Assembly: GCF_006345805.1 (NCBI RefSeq)
Contig: NC_043004.1
Span: 3,224,001-3,288,000, forward strand
Reading direction: 5' to 3'
DNA length: 64,000 nt
DNA from: Octopus sinensis
Lineage: Eukaryota
Below are positions 13,601 to 26,890 of this stretch, piece by piece. The translations under genes were made by a program, and so were the position numbers. The number at the start of each line of letters is the position of its first letter. Positions within the stretch are counted from its first letter, which is position 1. The notes beneath the pieces were generated by a model. The model was given only the letters and a program-made list of their open reading frames with translations, did no database searches and had not been told where the DNA came from.

Positions 13601-14074
13601 ATTAATATTTTCGACTCTTTTATGAAAAGTGAATGAACGAGTCGGTTAAAAAACCCTAACATAATCCCTTCTTCAAAAGATGGAATGTCGCGTTAGTTAA
13701 TTTTTTTTCTTCATAGACAGAGTTTGGGAAAATGATGGAAGAGTCATGGTTGATACGTCCTTGATCATCGGTTACAGATGACTAGGAAATAAACAGCAAA
13801 TGTTCTTTCTCAGATGTGGTGGCCTCTGTTTAATTTCATTCACGATTCGGGTCTGTTTTGCTTAAGTAATCAATTATGCCACAGATGCTGCCTTACAAAC
13901 ACAAGTTTCAAAGAGAGCGTAGACATTTTATATGCTGGTTCAAACCCTTACATATTAACATTAAGGACCTCAGGTGTCCCTCCATTTTGTGGCCTTGGAA
14001 ATTATGTAGACTCTTGGATATACTTGAGTCACCAAAACCAAAAATAGTATCGTTTTGTTGTAAAAGCTCTCAAT

Positions 14075-14335
14075 CAGGAGTTCTCAACCATTTTTCTTTT
14101 GTCTATGAACTCCTTTGATTCCTATTTTCCACGGATGGCCCTCTCATCCAAATGATGTTCAAAAGTTACTATTATATTTTTATAACTAAATATTGTCTGG
14201 AATTGTATAAAAGATTATTAAAATATTTGTGTACCGTAGAAGCATAACCACTTTATGTCACATGAATTTTAACGACAAGATCTTATATACGCACCACCTC
14301 CCAAAGGTCATTTGAACTCCATTTGAGAATCCCTA
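14075..14335. mobile_element. hAT (Charlie-like) MITE
   Basis: Ends CAGGAGTTCTCAACC / TTTGAGAATCCCT; TSD not clear. Confidence 0.6.
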
Positions 14336-14432
14336 CCCTAACTAATGAAATGCAGTGTTTTTCCAGGATAATTCTACAACTACTACTACTACTGCTGCTG
14401 CTACTGCTGCTCCTGCTGCCACTACTACTACA

Positions 14433-14478
<46 letters not shown>

Positions 14479-14509
14479 ACAATAATGATAATAATAATGA
14501 CAATAATAG

Positions 14510-14662
14510 TATGCGTGGCAGTCAAGAGGCCAAACATCTTTGAAAGTTTCATCCGAATCCATCCAGCGATTCTTGAGATATCTTTTCCACGGAAAACAAA
14601 CCAACAAACAAACAAACACGACTGAAAACAATACCTCCGCCTTCGCTAAGGCAGAAGTGATA
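14510..14662 (+). mobile_element. Helentron/HINE-like non-autonomous 3' end
   Basis: AAAGTTTCATCCGAATCCATCCAG..TTCTTGAGATAT, (AAAC)n, terminal hairpin ACCTCCGCC-TTCGCTAA-GGCAGAAGT. Confidence 0.65.
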
Positions 14663-14685
14663 ATAATGATAATAATGATAATAAC

Positions 14686-14767
<82 letters not shown>

Positions 14768-14804
14768 CCCTATTTCATAAAAAATGCTAGACTAAAATCA
14801 CTGA

Positions 14805-15190
14805 ACAAAGATGGCGTCCATTTTGGTTATTTATGTAATCAATTGCCTGGACTAAACACAAAGAAACACAAAGAGGTATTTTGTTAGTTCCATGACAAGA
14901 GAGCTTATAAAGGATCTGCCTTTCACAGATTCAACGGTCAATCCTGAATCCAGTGCATACTCCTTGTTTGTTCCTGTCAAAAACTTTAGTCTAAAAGAAG
15001 AGAAGAAATCTTCGCTAAATTGATAGAAGACATGCATTCAACCCGAGTACCAATACCCATTGTTATATGTTAGGTTGCTCTTCAGAAACATTGCTTTAAA
15101 TAAACAGAAAAAAAGTAAGACTCTTTTGTATAAAGAACAACAGTGAGTGATAATATTATGGCAAGTGGGAAAGAAGCCAAATAGCAGAAT
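14805..15190 (+). pseudogene. Decayed Chapaev3-like (CMC) transposase C-terminal fragment
   Basis: KDGVHFGYLCNQLPGLNTKKHKE / RELIKDLPFTDS..ESSAYSLFVPVKNF / LIEDM / YYGKW follow the order of the conserved C-terminal blocks of this family. Confidence 0.6.
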
Positions 15191-17682
15191 ATTTTGGGGG
15201 CGTTCAGGTAAATGTTTCACTGAAAAGATGAATAAAAGTATCTAATTAGGTGTTGAATAACTGATGATTCAATAAAGCTTACATATATTTTCGATTACTC
15301 TTATAAATCTAATGTAATGCTGTTTTTGTTGACGGCAGGAATGCTCTCATTGTTTTCTCCAGTTCTGAAAGAAGCCATAGTCAAAACGAAATAAATTTTG
15401 TCGGACTCATGGTTATCGATTCAAATCTGGATTTTGATATTTCCTGCTCTGTGTTCTTCATTCAAAACGGCTTGTCAATGTCTCTAGATGCGTGTGTGCA
15501 TGCGTGTGTGTGTGTGTGTGCGTGCGTGTGTGTGGGGGGAGATGTTTGTGTGTGTGGTGGTAGAGCTGAAAGTTCCTTGAGAAGTAAGTACCGAGGGCGT
15601 TTTCTTTAGGAAAGGGAGAAAATCCAATGAATCTAGTTGAACTCTGTATAAACAATGGATGGGAGGCAATATGCGTTCTTGTAGAGGTAGGTGTTAAAAG
15701 TTTTGTTGGAAGCAGGGTTTATTTGATGCCCAGGAGTTTTGGACTAGCAGTGAAAGAGTAAAAAGATGTTGGGAGAAAATTTTTGCAAGTCGCTGAAAAA
15801 GCAAACCATTACATGTGACTCCAGAGAGAGGACGGGTGATGCAACTGGAACGAACATTGAGGATGGTGGAAACATCTGGCCCAAAGTCACAACATTTCAC
15901 TCCACAAAGCTCATGTTGTCATGCCGGAGTCTTCTCCCCTGCAGCCGTGGACGGCTTCGGGGCATCCCTGGTGTCGTAGGAGGAAAGAGTGAAACATCTG
16001 CAGAGCTAGCTTCACCACTTGATGAGACATCGATTACTCCTAAATTCGTAGACAGAGTGCAGTAGCATCCTAAACACACAAGTGTTAACTCTGCATATTT
16101 ACGTGTGCAGATGGATTTTCATACACATAGGTTCATATACATTTACGTATACACAATTTTACTTTCATACAGCCATCCTAGGACAGTGTGGTACCATGTG
16201 TATGCATATATATATGTATACACACACACACATGAATATATTCATTTATGTATGTATGAACGTACGTACGTATGTATGTATGTTCCACGTAACTTTTGAT
16301 CATTTATATTTTCTCATAAAAACTGCGAGCAACAAATCAATATTTAAGTGATTTTCTGCCTGAAGCTATGATTCGTTCTTCTTTAGACATTTAGTAAAAA
16401 ATATAATAACAAGTATCGTGGGAATTTTTAACATCACAAACAACACAACAAACGTCGTCAAAAGCTATACATTTGGGAAAGTCGAGAAAAAAAAAAGAAC
16501 AAAAACAAAATGTTTTATTCAAAGTTCTGCTAGCAAAATAGATAAAAATCGGATGCGTGCATTAGAGGCGTGAGACAAATAACCATTGTGTGTTTTACAA
16601 TTATTTCACGCCAAAGACTGGCCTTATGAAAAAAAAACTACAAAATATATATAAAAACTCTGACCTATTTCTCTTTACATTGTTTTCAGCTGGTGTCTTG
16701 TATGGAGATCACACAATTTTTTTTTTCTTTTTCTTTTTGATAATTAGACATGCTGAAATAAAATAGAAAATAATTAGAAAACAATAAAAAAAATAAAGAT
16801 GAATAAAGCAAAATAAAGGAAAGATTGGTGGGTAAATTTTTCTCATGAACTTTTGTATTTTTATTCTCACAATCTGACGATAAAGCAAATACACAGACAC
16901 ACACACAAACACACATACAAATAACACACAAACACACATACAAACACATATACACATATATACATATATTTCCTAACAATACCTGTTGAAATTTTAAAAT
17001 TCAGAAGGGAAAATAAAAATACTAATTTTAAACAAGAAACAATAATTTTAAATATATCAGGGTCATTCATTCGAGTTTAATGGAATTGAAGAAATTTTCC
17101 GCTTAAATAATTGTAAAAGAAAAATTGCCAATGTTAATTAGCATCAAAGTGGGTGACTGACTTCGGGGAGGCACAGGTGAACCATTATATTTCGATATTT
17201 AATTACGTCCTTTTACATTCTAAGTTCAATCCCAACGAAATCCACTTTACCTTTCACCCTTACGGATGTGATAAAATATTTGCTAATCAAATACTGCTGT
17301 TGATTTCATTGATTAGACACTCCTGCCAAATTTCGATTACTGACGTAGACCTTGTGCTGATGTCTATAAATGAAATTTGGGCGATATATATTCTTCAGTC
17401 TTGAGACCATGTTCGAGAATAAAACGTTAGTCGAGTACAGAGCGCAAAATGAAATTGAAGAAATGTCAAGGGAATATATATTACATAATCAACTTCATGA
17501 GGTTATAGCTATGTCTGAATGGTAATGCATCACCTTAAAGGTTCTTCGGAGATTGTCGTTTGTTTGTTTTTTAAATTTAATTCCATATTACGTTCTGTTC
17601 TCGACTAAAGTCATATTCTGAAACATTGATATATTCAGTTCTAACATCAGGTTTTGAGCTTCGCTATGCCCAAGCCAAAATT

Positions 17683-17759
<77 letters not shown>

Positions 17760-17774
17760 TTTCTCTCTCTCTCT

Positions 17775-17811
<37 letters not shown>

Positions 17812-17993
17812 GTACATACATACATAAACACAGAAGCAACACGCTTTAACACACGCAACATACTTGGACCATGATAACATTCGCCCACAAAAATACACCA
17901 TACACATGCACTCTGTTTGGTCACAAACACATACACACTTATATGTGCACACACCACGTGCATAAACACAGGAACACACGTTACTCACGCGGG

Positions 17994-18026
<33 letters not shown>

Positions 18027-18246
18027 GTCAGAGTCACTTACCCGTATTCACACATACACACTCGCACACACCATTCTCACATAAACGCACGCGCACCTTC
18101 TCCTGTTGGGATCACTAGCCCTATTATTATCGACTTCTTTTTTTATTATTACCTCCCTTTCTTTCAACCTTTTCTTTTCCAATCATTCGCCATGCTGTTC
18201 TGCTGAACTGTATACGTTTTTTCTCTCTCTGTTTATTTTCTCTTAT

Positions 18247-18286
18247 TTCTTTCTGTTGGAGAGCGTAGGCTCGAAACGTAAAAGAA
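18247..18286 (+). ncRNA. Minimal type I hammerhead ribozyme-like motif (variant core)
   Basis: UUCUUU-CUGUUGG-A-GAGC(guag)GCUC-GAAA-CGUA|AAAGAA. Stems I and II and GAAA are intact; the core deviates from CUGANGA at two positions. Confidence 0.65.
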
Positions 18287-18779
18287 TCTTTCATTTTCTC
18301 GAGCGTCAAACTGATACACTTGATTGTGGTTCATACACCTGTCTTTTGTTTTTCTATAAATTTCAACTGTATATATGTATATATACATATGTATATATAT
18401 ACTTGTGTGTGTATGTGTGCGCACGTGTGTGTATATGTATGTATCATGTGTGTGTGTGGTTGTATACATATTCTCAGATTAGCAACGTATATCCTTTCTG
18501 TGTATTCTTTCCCAATCTGCCTGAGAGGATCTCGCACAATGGATCAAGGTTTATTAACCCATATCAACCCACTGTCCTCGTTTGAGGATAATTGTAATTG
18601 GTTCAATTACTTTTATAAAGGTTAACTGGACGCAAAATAGTGCTGGTTGTAGTTATTTAACCATTGTATTTGGTTTACTTACTGCAATAAAGGCTAACTG
18701 AACGCCTCCGTATGATTGTTATCCCTATTTATATAACTATCTTCAAACTTTCGACAGAGTTAACCTGGGTTAAATTGGG

Positions 18780-19000
18780 TTAAACCTCCGGGAGAAGTCC
18801 CCCTATCCGTTGACGCAGATCCATTTCAGTCCTGCTTTTCACTGCGAAATTATTGATCGATACCCATGCAAAAGATCGAAATCACCGTTATTTCATTTGC
18901 TCAACCACCTTGGGCATGTTTTCCAGTACACCCGTTGCTCTGTTGCCTTTCCAAAATTCGTAAAGCATGCAAGGTTGAATATGCAACTCCTATGAGCTGT
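18780..19000 (-). pseudogene. Decayed mariner transposase N-terminus (HTH)
   Basis: HIQPCMLYEFWKGNRAT resembles the mariner IRHCMLYEF.KG..AT motif. Confidence 0.55.
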
Positions 19001-19218
19001 ATGAAACAGCATATACATACATAGCGCCTGTTCGGATTGTCGCTTAGTCATTAACTCTATGCTCTTTGGTTGAAAAAAAAATACCTTTTATTGGTTTGTA
19101 AACTGTGTGGTATAAGCATTACACTATTTGCTTCAAAATGCTCCATCACTTTTCGGTACGCACATACGCAAACACACGCGCACACACTCACACGTACACA
19201 CATATATATTTATATGTA

Positions 19219-19430
19219 CAGGATGACCCAAAAGTAGGTGTACAGTTATTCAACTATCTCATACGCATTCATATATCAACAGTTTAGATCTTAATTATTA
19301 AAAATATATAAAACCATTGTTCCTTGCTAATCTAGTTAATTGTAAGATAGAAATTTAGATGCAATGAAATGTTTTAAAAGAAATTTAAAGTGCCTACGTG
19401 ATAACTGTAAACCATTTTTGGGCCAGCCTG
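19219..19430. mobile_element. Tc1/mariner MITE
   Basis: TA|CAGGATGACCCAAAAGTAGGTGTACAGTTAT ... ATAACTGTAAACCATTTTTGGGCCAGCCTG|TA. Confidence 0.85.
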
Positions 19431-20379
19431 TATATACATAAAACCTTGATTTGCCAAATACATAAAAAAATTTAGTTAGAACCACGAAGGCATTATGAAT
19501 CCGCTTCCATCCTTCACAACAGTTCTTGTGACGCTAGTGCAACGAGTCTATCCGTTGAGCGGTTCACTGACGCTACATTAGTTCACCTTCATCCATCTTT
19601 TGTAGCTGCTTTCGAAGAGTGCAGGCATCGTTCTTTTTCACTGATGCTGACTAAAGAAATACCTCAACAGTTAGTACAGATATGTTCGTATCTCGTTTCA
19701 TGTGAAATGTCTCTCTTGTTTCCCACAAATCATCCAAGAGTCGTTTAAGTGGAACAAAATGATGTGCTTTGAGGATTCTACGCCAGGGTATTGACAACGG
19801 TTGGGGACTTGCAGCTTGATGGTTCATGCATGTCAGTGGTCACCCCAGAGCATCTTGTACACCATGCAGAGACATAAGGGTGGATGTGGAAAGATGTTCG
19901 GTTGCTTCCTGCACGGACTGCGAGAGAAATAATAGTCTATATTAGTCCATTCGTAGTATTCGGCGATAACCAAGGTCATCGTAAGGAGGAGTAAGACGGG
20001 GCACAGTGTGTCCGGGCGGATGGGGTATCAGAGTGAGGTAGTACCTCTGACGGGGGAACATGTGGTACTCTTTAGAATGGTTCGTCCGCTTTGGTCATCA
20101 CATGACGCCCAGCTCGCACTCGTAGCTCCTCTATGTTGTCTGCTAACAACAGCGGCCACATCCTGGGCAACAGCTTCCCAGGCCGGCAAAAACCATGGTG
20201 AGGGTAACCGATAGCTTTCAACCCTCGGTGAGCAAGGGATGGTCTATGTGTGGGATTTAAGTCTGGACCCGGCAGACTGTACAATGGAAACCACGAATAT
20301 AAGTCTATAACGCACGAAGTCATTTTGATACTAACACACAGATGTAAATATATATGTGTGTCTATATATATGTGTCTGA

Positions 20380-20424
<45 letters not shown>

Positions 20425-20507
20425 AAAGTATATATATATTATATATGTACATGCATATATACATACGCATATCTATATACCTAAATCTATTCGTATATAT
20501 ATATATA

Positions 20508-20549
<42 letters not shown>

Positions 20550-20928
20550 ATATAATATATATATAAATATATATATGCATATGTGGGCAGAAGGCCCCCC
20601 GGAATGTGTACAACAAAAAAAATGAACTATTTTTTCGAAGAACAAAAGACACAAATAGAAACCAAGACAAACAACCTAAAGAACGACCCTTCATCAGTTT
20701 TGGCTGTTTTTTATAATCTCGCATTTCGAGCATTTAACAGCAATATACGCTTTCGATGAAACAGTTGCTCCCGCAAAGCAAATCAGCTAATATTTGGGCG
20801 GGGGTGCAAAATTGGTAACAGAAACAGGACAGTGAAAACAAACAGGAAGGGCTGCTAGGATTAAACGAGGCTGTGGTGGCGAACGCGTAAATCAAGCTTA
20901 TACAGTCACACACAAACACAACACACAG

Positions 20929-20991
<63 letters not shown>

Positions 20992-21027
20992 TATATACAC
21001 ACACAATATACATACATACACATATAG

Positions 21028-21234
21028 GAGGGGGTGTTAAAAAGTTCCTGGCTTTGGGTAAAAGAAAATACAGTTAATTATAATTTTATTCAACATATTC
21101 CCCCACTCAGATTGAGACACTTATCGCAGGGGTCCTTCAGTTTTTCTAAGCCATGTAAAAGAACCCGAAAATTAGGGCCTCCAACCAACCCTTCTGCGAT
21201 ACCCTTAAACCAGAAACTTCTCACCAACCCCTAG
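21028..21234. mobile_element. Mariner MITE
   Basis: TA|GGAGGGGGTGTTAAAAAGTTCCTGGCTTT ... AAACCAGAAACTTCTCACCAACCCCTAG|TA, imperfect TIRs. Confidence 0.75.
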
Positions 21235-21562
21235 TACATAAATACATACATTCACATACATACATACATACATACATACATACATACATACATACATACA
21301 TACATACATACATGCATACATACATACATGCATACATACATGCATACATACATACATACATACACACACACACATACATACATACATACATACATACATA
21401 CATACATACATACATACATACATACATACATACATGCATGCATACATACATGCATACATACATACATACATACACACACACATACATACATACATACATA
21501 CATACATACATACATACATACATACATACATACATACATACATACATACATACGTGCATGCA

Positions 21563-21870
21563 TTAGGCTTCTCCAAACCAGAAAGGTGAAAGCTAATTCC
21601 AATCCATCACTGGAACTGTAAAAATTTGTAAAACTTTCCAGAAGTTTATCATTTAAATATATATGAGCATGTCTAGATATGCAACTATATGCCTGAGAAG
21701 ACATACGTAAAGCAAAACATACAAATCTACACATACATACATATATACATACATGCATAAAAAAATATCCTGTTGTTGATGTTGAAATTCCAATGAAAGA
21801 GCTTTGTATCTAGGTTAGAAACCGGTTCTTTCTCTATTGGCAAAAAATCCTGAAATGAAACTGAATAATG
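21563..21870 (+). mobile_element. 5'-truncated R4/Dong-like non-LTR retrotransposon 3' end, copy 1, in (CATA)n
   Basis: LGFSKPER*KLI..SITGTVKICKTFQKFII* plus a 3' UTR matching 28974-29733; CATA arrays on both sides. Confidence 0.7.
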
Positions 21871-21885
21871 ACATACATACATATA

Positions 21886-21919
<34 letters not shown>

Positions 21920-21999
21920 CATACATACAAACATACATACACACATACATACATACATACGTACACACATACATACATACATACACATACACACACACA

Positions 22000-22033
<34 letters not shown>

Positions 22034-22289
22034 CATACATACACACACACATACATGCATACATACATACATACATGCACACACACACATACATACATAC
22101 ATCCATACATACATACAAACATACATACATACATACATATATACATACATACATATACACATACATACAAACATACATACATACATACATATACACATAC
22201 ATACAAACATACATACATACATACAAACATACATACATACTTACACACATACACACATACATACATACACATATACATACGTACGTACT

Positions 22290-22700
22290 TACATGGTGCT
22301 TGTCTACTCTTTATGCAGAGTCTGAGAACTTTTTGTACCAACACCTTAAATCTATCAATGCGTCTGATGTGGCTTTTTAAACACGACACCCTCATAGATT
22401 GCATATCCGAAGGTGCAAGTGCATTTTTGGGTTCCTGCCAACCAATTCAAGGGTTTTACTAAGATTTGGTGTATAAACTGTACCTGTGCAGATGAATAAT
22501 TTTCAGTGGGTGTAGCTTTCACTGCACTACCCCCACCTATTGGCCCAAGAAGATTTTCGACGGTGTAACATGAGAATTGACAAAACCGGGAACTACCAAG
22601 GCCTCAGGTTTTATTTTGGAGATTTCTTTCTCCTACGTAGATTACCAACCAAGGTTAAAGAGCCTCAACCTGCCCATGAGGTTGATTGTCCCGTGCCAGA
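22290..22700. mobile_element. Decayed RTE-like LINE 3' fragments
   Basis: Minus-strand ..SCLKSHIRR resembles the RTE C-terminal zinc finger also seen at 29438-29548. Confidence 0.45.
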
Positions 22701-23377
22701 CACAAAACTGACACCCAAACGCTCCACAGAGTGATCAAATATCATTCCGGTGTCCGACGCGGCGCAGCTCATACATACATACATACATACATACATACAT
22801 ACATACATACATACATACATACATACATACATAGCTGTTGGCACTTTAGTAGAATGATGTAACGCTAACTATTTTGTTCCTTTGTTGCGATTGTCTAAGT
22901 TGCTTGCTACAGATATACCTTCAACACGTTTTCAGTAATTTTATATATAAAAATAATAAACATCATTATGATGTTACCAAGAGAAGTGAACTCGTACTTT
23001 CCCATGGACCATTGTATTAGACGCTTCCAGGAGTGTAATCAAAATTTTGGTGGGAAGATGAAAATGATGACAAAGGAATAAAAAAGAATATAGTTTATTA
23101 AAAATGTTTTCCTCTAAACTTTCCCCCCTTTAGGTTTATCTGCGTAAAAAAATAGGTTCAAAAGAAACTGAATTTCATTTTTGTGTATGAACTTCAAAGA
23201 GTCTTATTTCAAAATATACTTGGAATTTTCATGGGTGCTGTTAGCAGATACAAAAGGCAAAACTATTCTAAAAGACAATAATACCCCAAAATTTTTCAAC
23301 AAGGAAAGAAACTGTATTTACTATACATATTCGCATATCTCTCAAATCAGTGAATGGGGTTGGAGAAATAAAATAAT

Positions 23378-23805
23378 ACTGGTTTCAAATTTTAGCACGA
23401 GGCCGGCAGTTTTAAGGGTAAAGTACTTCGATTATGTCGAACTCCAGTGCTCCACGGGTTCTTAATTCATCGATCCCAGAACGATAAAAAGCGAAGTAGA
23501 CCTCGGCGTAATTTGACCCCAGGACATAAAGACAGACAAAAATGGGGCTAATCAGTTGGCCCATCGTGCTAACGATACTGCCAAATCATCGCTCTTTTGA
23601 GAGAAGGGCGGAAAGTTTGGTGGATGGGTTAAATTGATTACATCGGCCCCACAGTGCATAACTGGTACTTATTTTATCGACCCTGAAGAAATGAATAGTA
23701 AGGTCGTACACGACGAAATTTGAAATCAGAACCAAAAGGCAGATGAAATGTCGGTAAGTATTTTAACGGGCGAGCTTAACGATTCTGCCAGCTCTCTGCC
23801 TTGAG
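23378..23805 (-). mobile_element. Two old SINE family A copies in tandem
   Basis: Degenerate matches to the family A core and head. Confidence 0.75.
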
Positions 23806-24450
23806 AAATAAAATAATGAAAGAACAGTGAAAGCGAGGAATCATCAACGCTAAGTGAAAGTGATTCTTTGTAAAAACTTGAACGGCGAGAATTTCCTCCT
23901 AATATCTCTTAACTGCTCTTAACTATTAAACATACAGAGAAACACATAAACACACATGAAACAGTTAGAGGAGAGAGCTGCTGCAATTAGCAAAGACATA
24001 AACACCCGATGCTCTCATCTATTTAATACATTAAAAACATATCAAATAGCAGAAAAAAAAAAAAAAAACATAAAGCAACTGAAGTTAGTGAGTAGAAGCT
24101 TTTACATATTTCACCAATATATCGTGGTAATATGTGTGTGTGTGTATATGTATATATATACACACATATATATATATAGGGCATATGTATATTATATATG
24201 TGTATGTATATATTATTATATTTATTATAGTTCAATTTGAGAGTAAGAGGCAAGTTATTGTGTGTGTATGTGTGTGTGTGTGTTGTGTGTGGTTATAGGA
24301 GTTGGACAGGTTGAATCATTTAAATCTTTTGATAGTAGAAACATTTCTGAGAGAGCCATTCTCTTCATCCTCATCAATTGCTTAATATTTTGGCGGTGGG
24401 GATGGGGATGGGGGGGAGTAGAGAAGTAAGTAGTAGTAGCAGTGGCAGTG

Positions 24451-24505
<55 letters not shown>

Positions 24506-24524
24506 AAAGAGACGCACGCAGATA

Positions 24525-24556
<32 letters not shown>

Positions 24557-25025
24557 GTACATATATATTTATGAGTGTGTGTGTAGTAAGTATAGTATGT
24601 ATGTATTACGTATGCATGTATATATGTATGCACATATATACATGTATGCATATACACACATATGTACATGTATGTATATATATACACTTATATGTAGATG
24701 TATGTATACATACACTTATATGTACACGTATGTATATATACACATACATGATACATGTGTGTATATATGTGTGTGCGTGTGTGCATTATATTATATGTTT
24801 TGTATACATTGGGACACATTGTACGGGTGAGAGTGAGAGAGTGGGAGAGACTTTGATATTGAAAGAAAGATACAGTGAAAGAGTTTGCAGTACAGAAATG
24901 GTAAAATATAGGAAAACATTGTGGAGGAGAGACGTAGAGAAAAAGAGAGAGAGAGAGAGAGAATAGAACAAAGTCAGTGAGAGAGTGAGATATAAAGATA
25001 GACAAATGTGTGTGTGAGAGAGAGG

Positions 25026-25065
<40 letters not shown>

Positions 25066-25828
25066 ATAGAGTGAGAGAGGCATAGAATGAGAGAAAAAGG
25101 AGAAAGAGAGACACAGAGAAGGCGAGAGAAAGAGAAGTTGTCAGAGAGGGAGAGACTGAGAACCGAGGTAGAGATGATACCGATGAAGGTAAATAGGGAG
25201 AATAACAGAGAGACAGAGAGAGAGACAGAATTGAGAGAGAGAGACAGACAGAATAGAGAGAGAGAGACAGAAAATTATATGAGAAGAAGTGACAGAAAGA
25301 GAGACAGACTGACAGACAGAGAGAAGTGGTTCTATAACTTATTGCGCCATCTTTTTTTTTACGTTTCTAGTTGAACGATATTCTTTACATTATATAATTC
25401 ACAGACTTCTCTCTCTCTCTATCTCTCTCTCTCTCTCTCTCCCCTTGACATAACTCTAAACAACCACCAACCTCTCTTCCTCCCTTCATACCATTCTAAC
25501 CATCCTTCCCCCACCACCACTATTTCCCCTTCAATTTCATTAACACTCTTAGTATATTGTCCTTTTTTGTTTTTGCTTATTTTTTTCCAGCCATATTTCC
25601 ACCACGTTCTCTCCACAAACCTCCCCCTCCCTCTATCTCTTTCTTTATTTCAGTCTCTCTTCCGCTTCTCCTTCTCCATTAGGTCTTTTCATTTATCTTT
25701 CTGCTTTTTTTTGTTGTCGTTTTTTTTTACTTTTAGTTTAGAGTGGGTTTCACTCTTAACTTTCTAATCATTGATTTTTTAATACATCACTATTTACACT
25801 CTCTCCCTCTCTTTTTCACTTCATAATA

Positions 25829-25880
<52 letters not shown>

Positions 25881-25965
25881 TAATAATAAAAATAAAATCA
25901 CAGTAATTTTCGGGAATGTTTTATTTTATATTTTTCTGTTTTCACTTCCTCTGGTTTTTCCTCAC

Positions 25966-26092
25966 CTTTCTCTCCAGCACTACAGCCTAACCCCGCTTCT
26001 CTCTTTGCCTTGATGATGTTGTTGTTGTTGTTGCTGTTTCGTACACTTGATATCCTTCTTACCACTCGTTCTGCTATGCCGTTCTGGGCCAT
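25966..26092 (-). CDS. Candidate first coding exon of an unidentified gene (MAQNGIAERVVRRISSVRNSNNNNNIIKAKREAGLGCSAGEK, phase 1)
   Basis: Non-repetitive sequence with ATG-G and an in-frame stop 27 nt upstream. Donor AAG|GTGAGG at 25965. Poly-Asn run. CpG-rich leader upstream. No homology recognised. Confidence 0.45.
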
Positions 26093-26420
26093 AGACTTGA
26101 AGCGATCAAGCTTCGTTCACGAAAAAACAGCTATTACTGTATAGAGAATCTTGCTTGCCTGCTGCCGCGATCCGTAGAGCGCGGGGCTGATCAAAGAACT
26201 TTCGTTAATGACCTAAAGGGGATTTTCATCCGCTAAAACAGCCATCAGCACGCCTGTGCACGGGTAGGTCATCAGACGAACGTTATAGCAGTACGGGTAG
26301 CGAGGTAGCGAAGAGAAGAGAGAGAGAGAGAGAGGGAAAGGGAGAGGGATACGCTAAAGAGAGGAGCAGGAAAAGTGTGGGGAGATGGGGAGGGAGAGTT
26401 TGGTTTGGGAAGAGGAAATT
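26093..26420 (-). promoter_or_regulatory. Putative promoter / structured 5' UTR with uORFs
   Basis: CpG-dense non-TE island with a GA tract upstream. Multi-branch fold at 26197-26284. uORFs MTYPCTGVLMAVLADENPL* and MKIPFRSLTKVL*. Confidence 0.45.
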
Positions 26421-26534
26421 TTAGCATCTCTCCATAGCGTTACCTAGAAAGACTATGATGAAGAATTTCTAGTTTTTTTTTTTTTTTTCGTTTTACTTAG
26501 TTTGGGATATTTTTATGTTTTATTATTGCTGCTG

Positions 26535-26720
26535 TTATTATTATTATTATTAATATTATTATTATTATTATTATTATATTATTATTATTATTATTATTAT
26601 ATTATATTATTATTATCATTATTATAATTGTTATTATTATTATCATTATTATATCATTATTATTATATTATTATTATTATTATTATATTGTTATTATTAT
26701 TATTATTATTTTATAATTTT

Positions 26721-26761
<41 letters not shown>

Positions 26762-26788
26762 CATTTTATAATTTTAGTGTTATTATTA

Positions 26789-26826
<38 letters not shown>

Positions 26827-26890
26827 TTATAATTGTAGTGTTATCATCATCATCATTATTATTATTATTATTATTATCATCATTATTATC
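26535..26890. repeat. (ATT)n microsatellite with higher-order TTTTATAATTTTAGTG spacers
   Basis: Directly visible. Confidence 0.9.

Noticed and set aside
15766-16065. 99-aa ORF
   Set aside because: No recognisable domain or splice support; probably decayed TE.
19500-20310. Possible LINE 5' region or coding fragment
   Set aside because: Looks TE-derived, but no motif could be assigned confidently.
21785-21840. CCAATGA...GAAACCGGTTC hammerhead-like motif in the R4/Dong UTR
   Set aside because: Core is not CUGANGA in either copy; a plain hairpin explains it.
26197-26284. Hammerhead or C/D snoRNA reading of the leader (CUGAUGA...GAAA)
   Set aside because: CUGAUGA is sequestered in the long helix, GAAA is not adjacent to a stem II, and there is no terminal D box.
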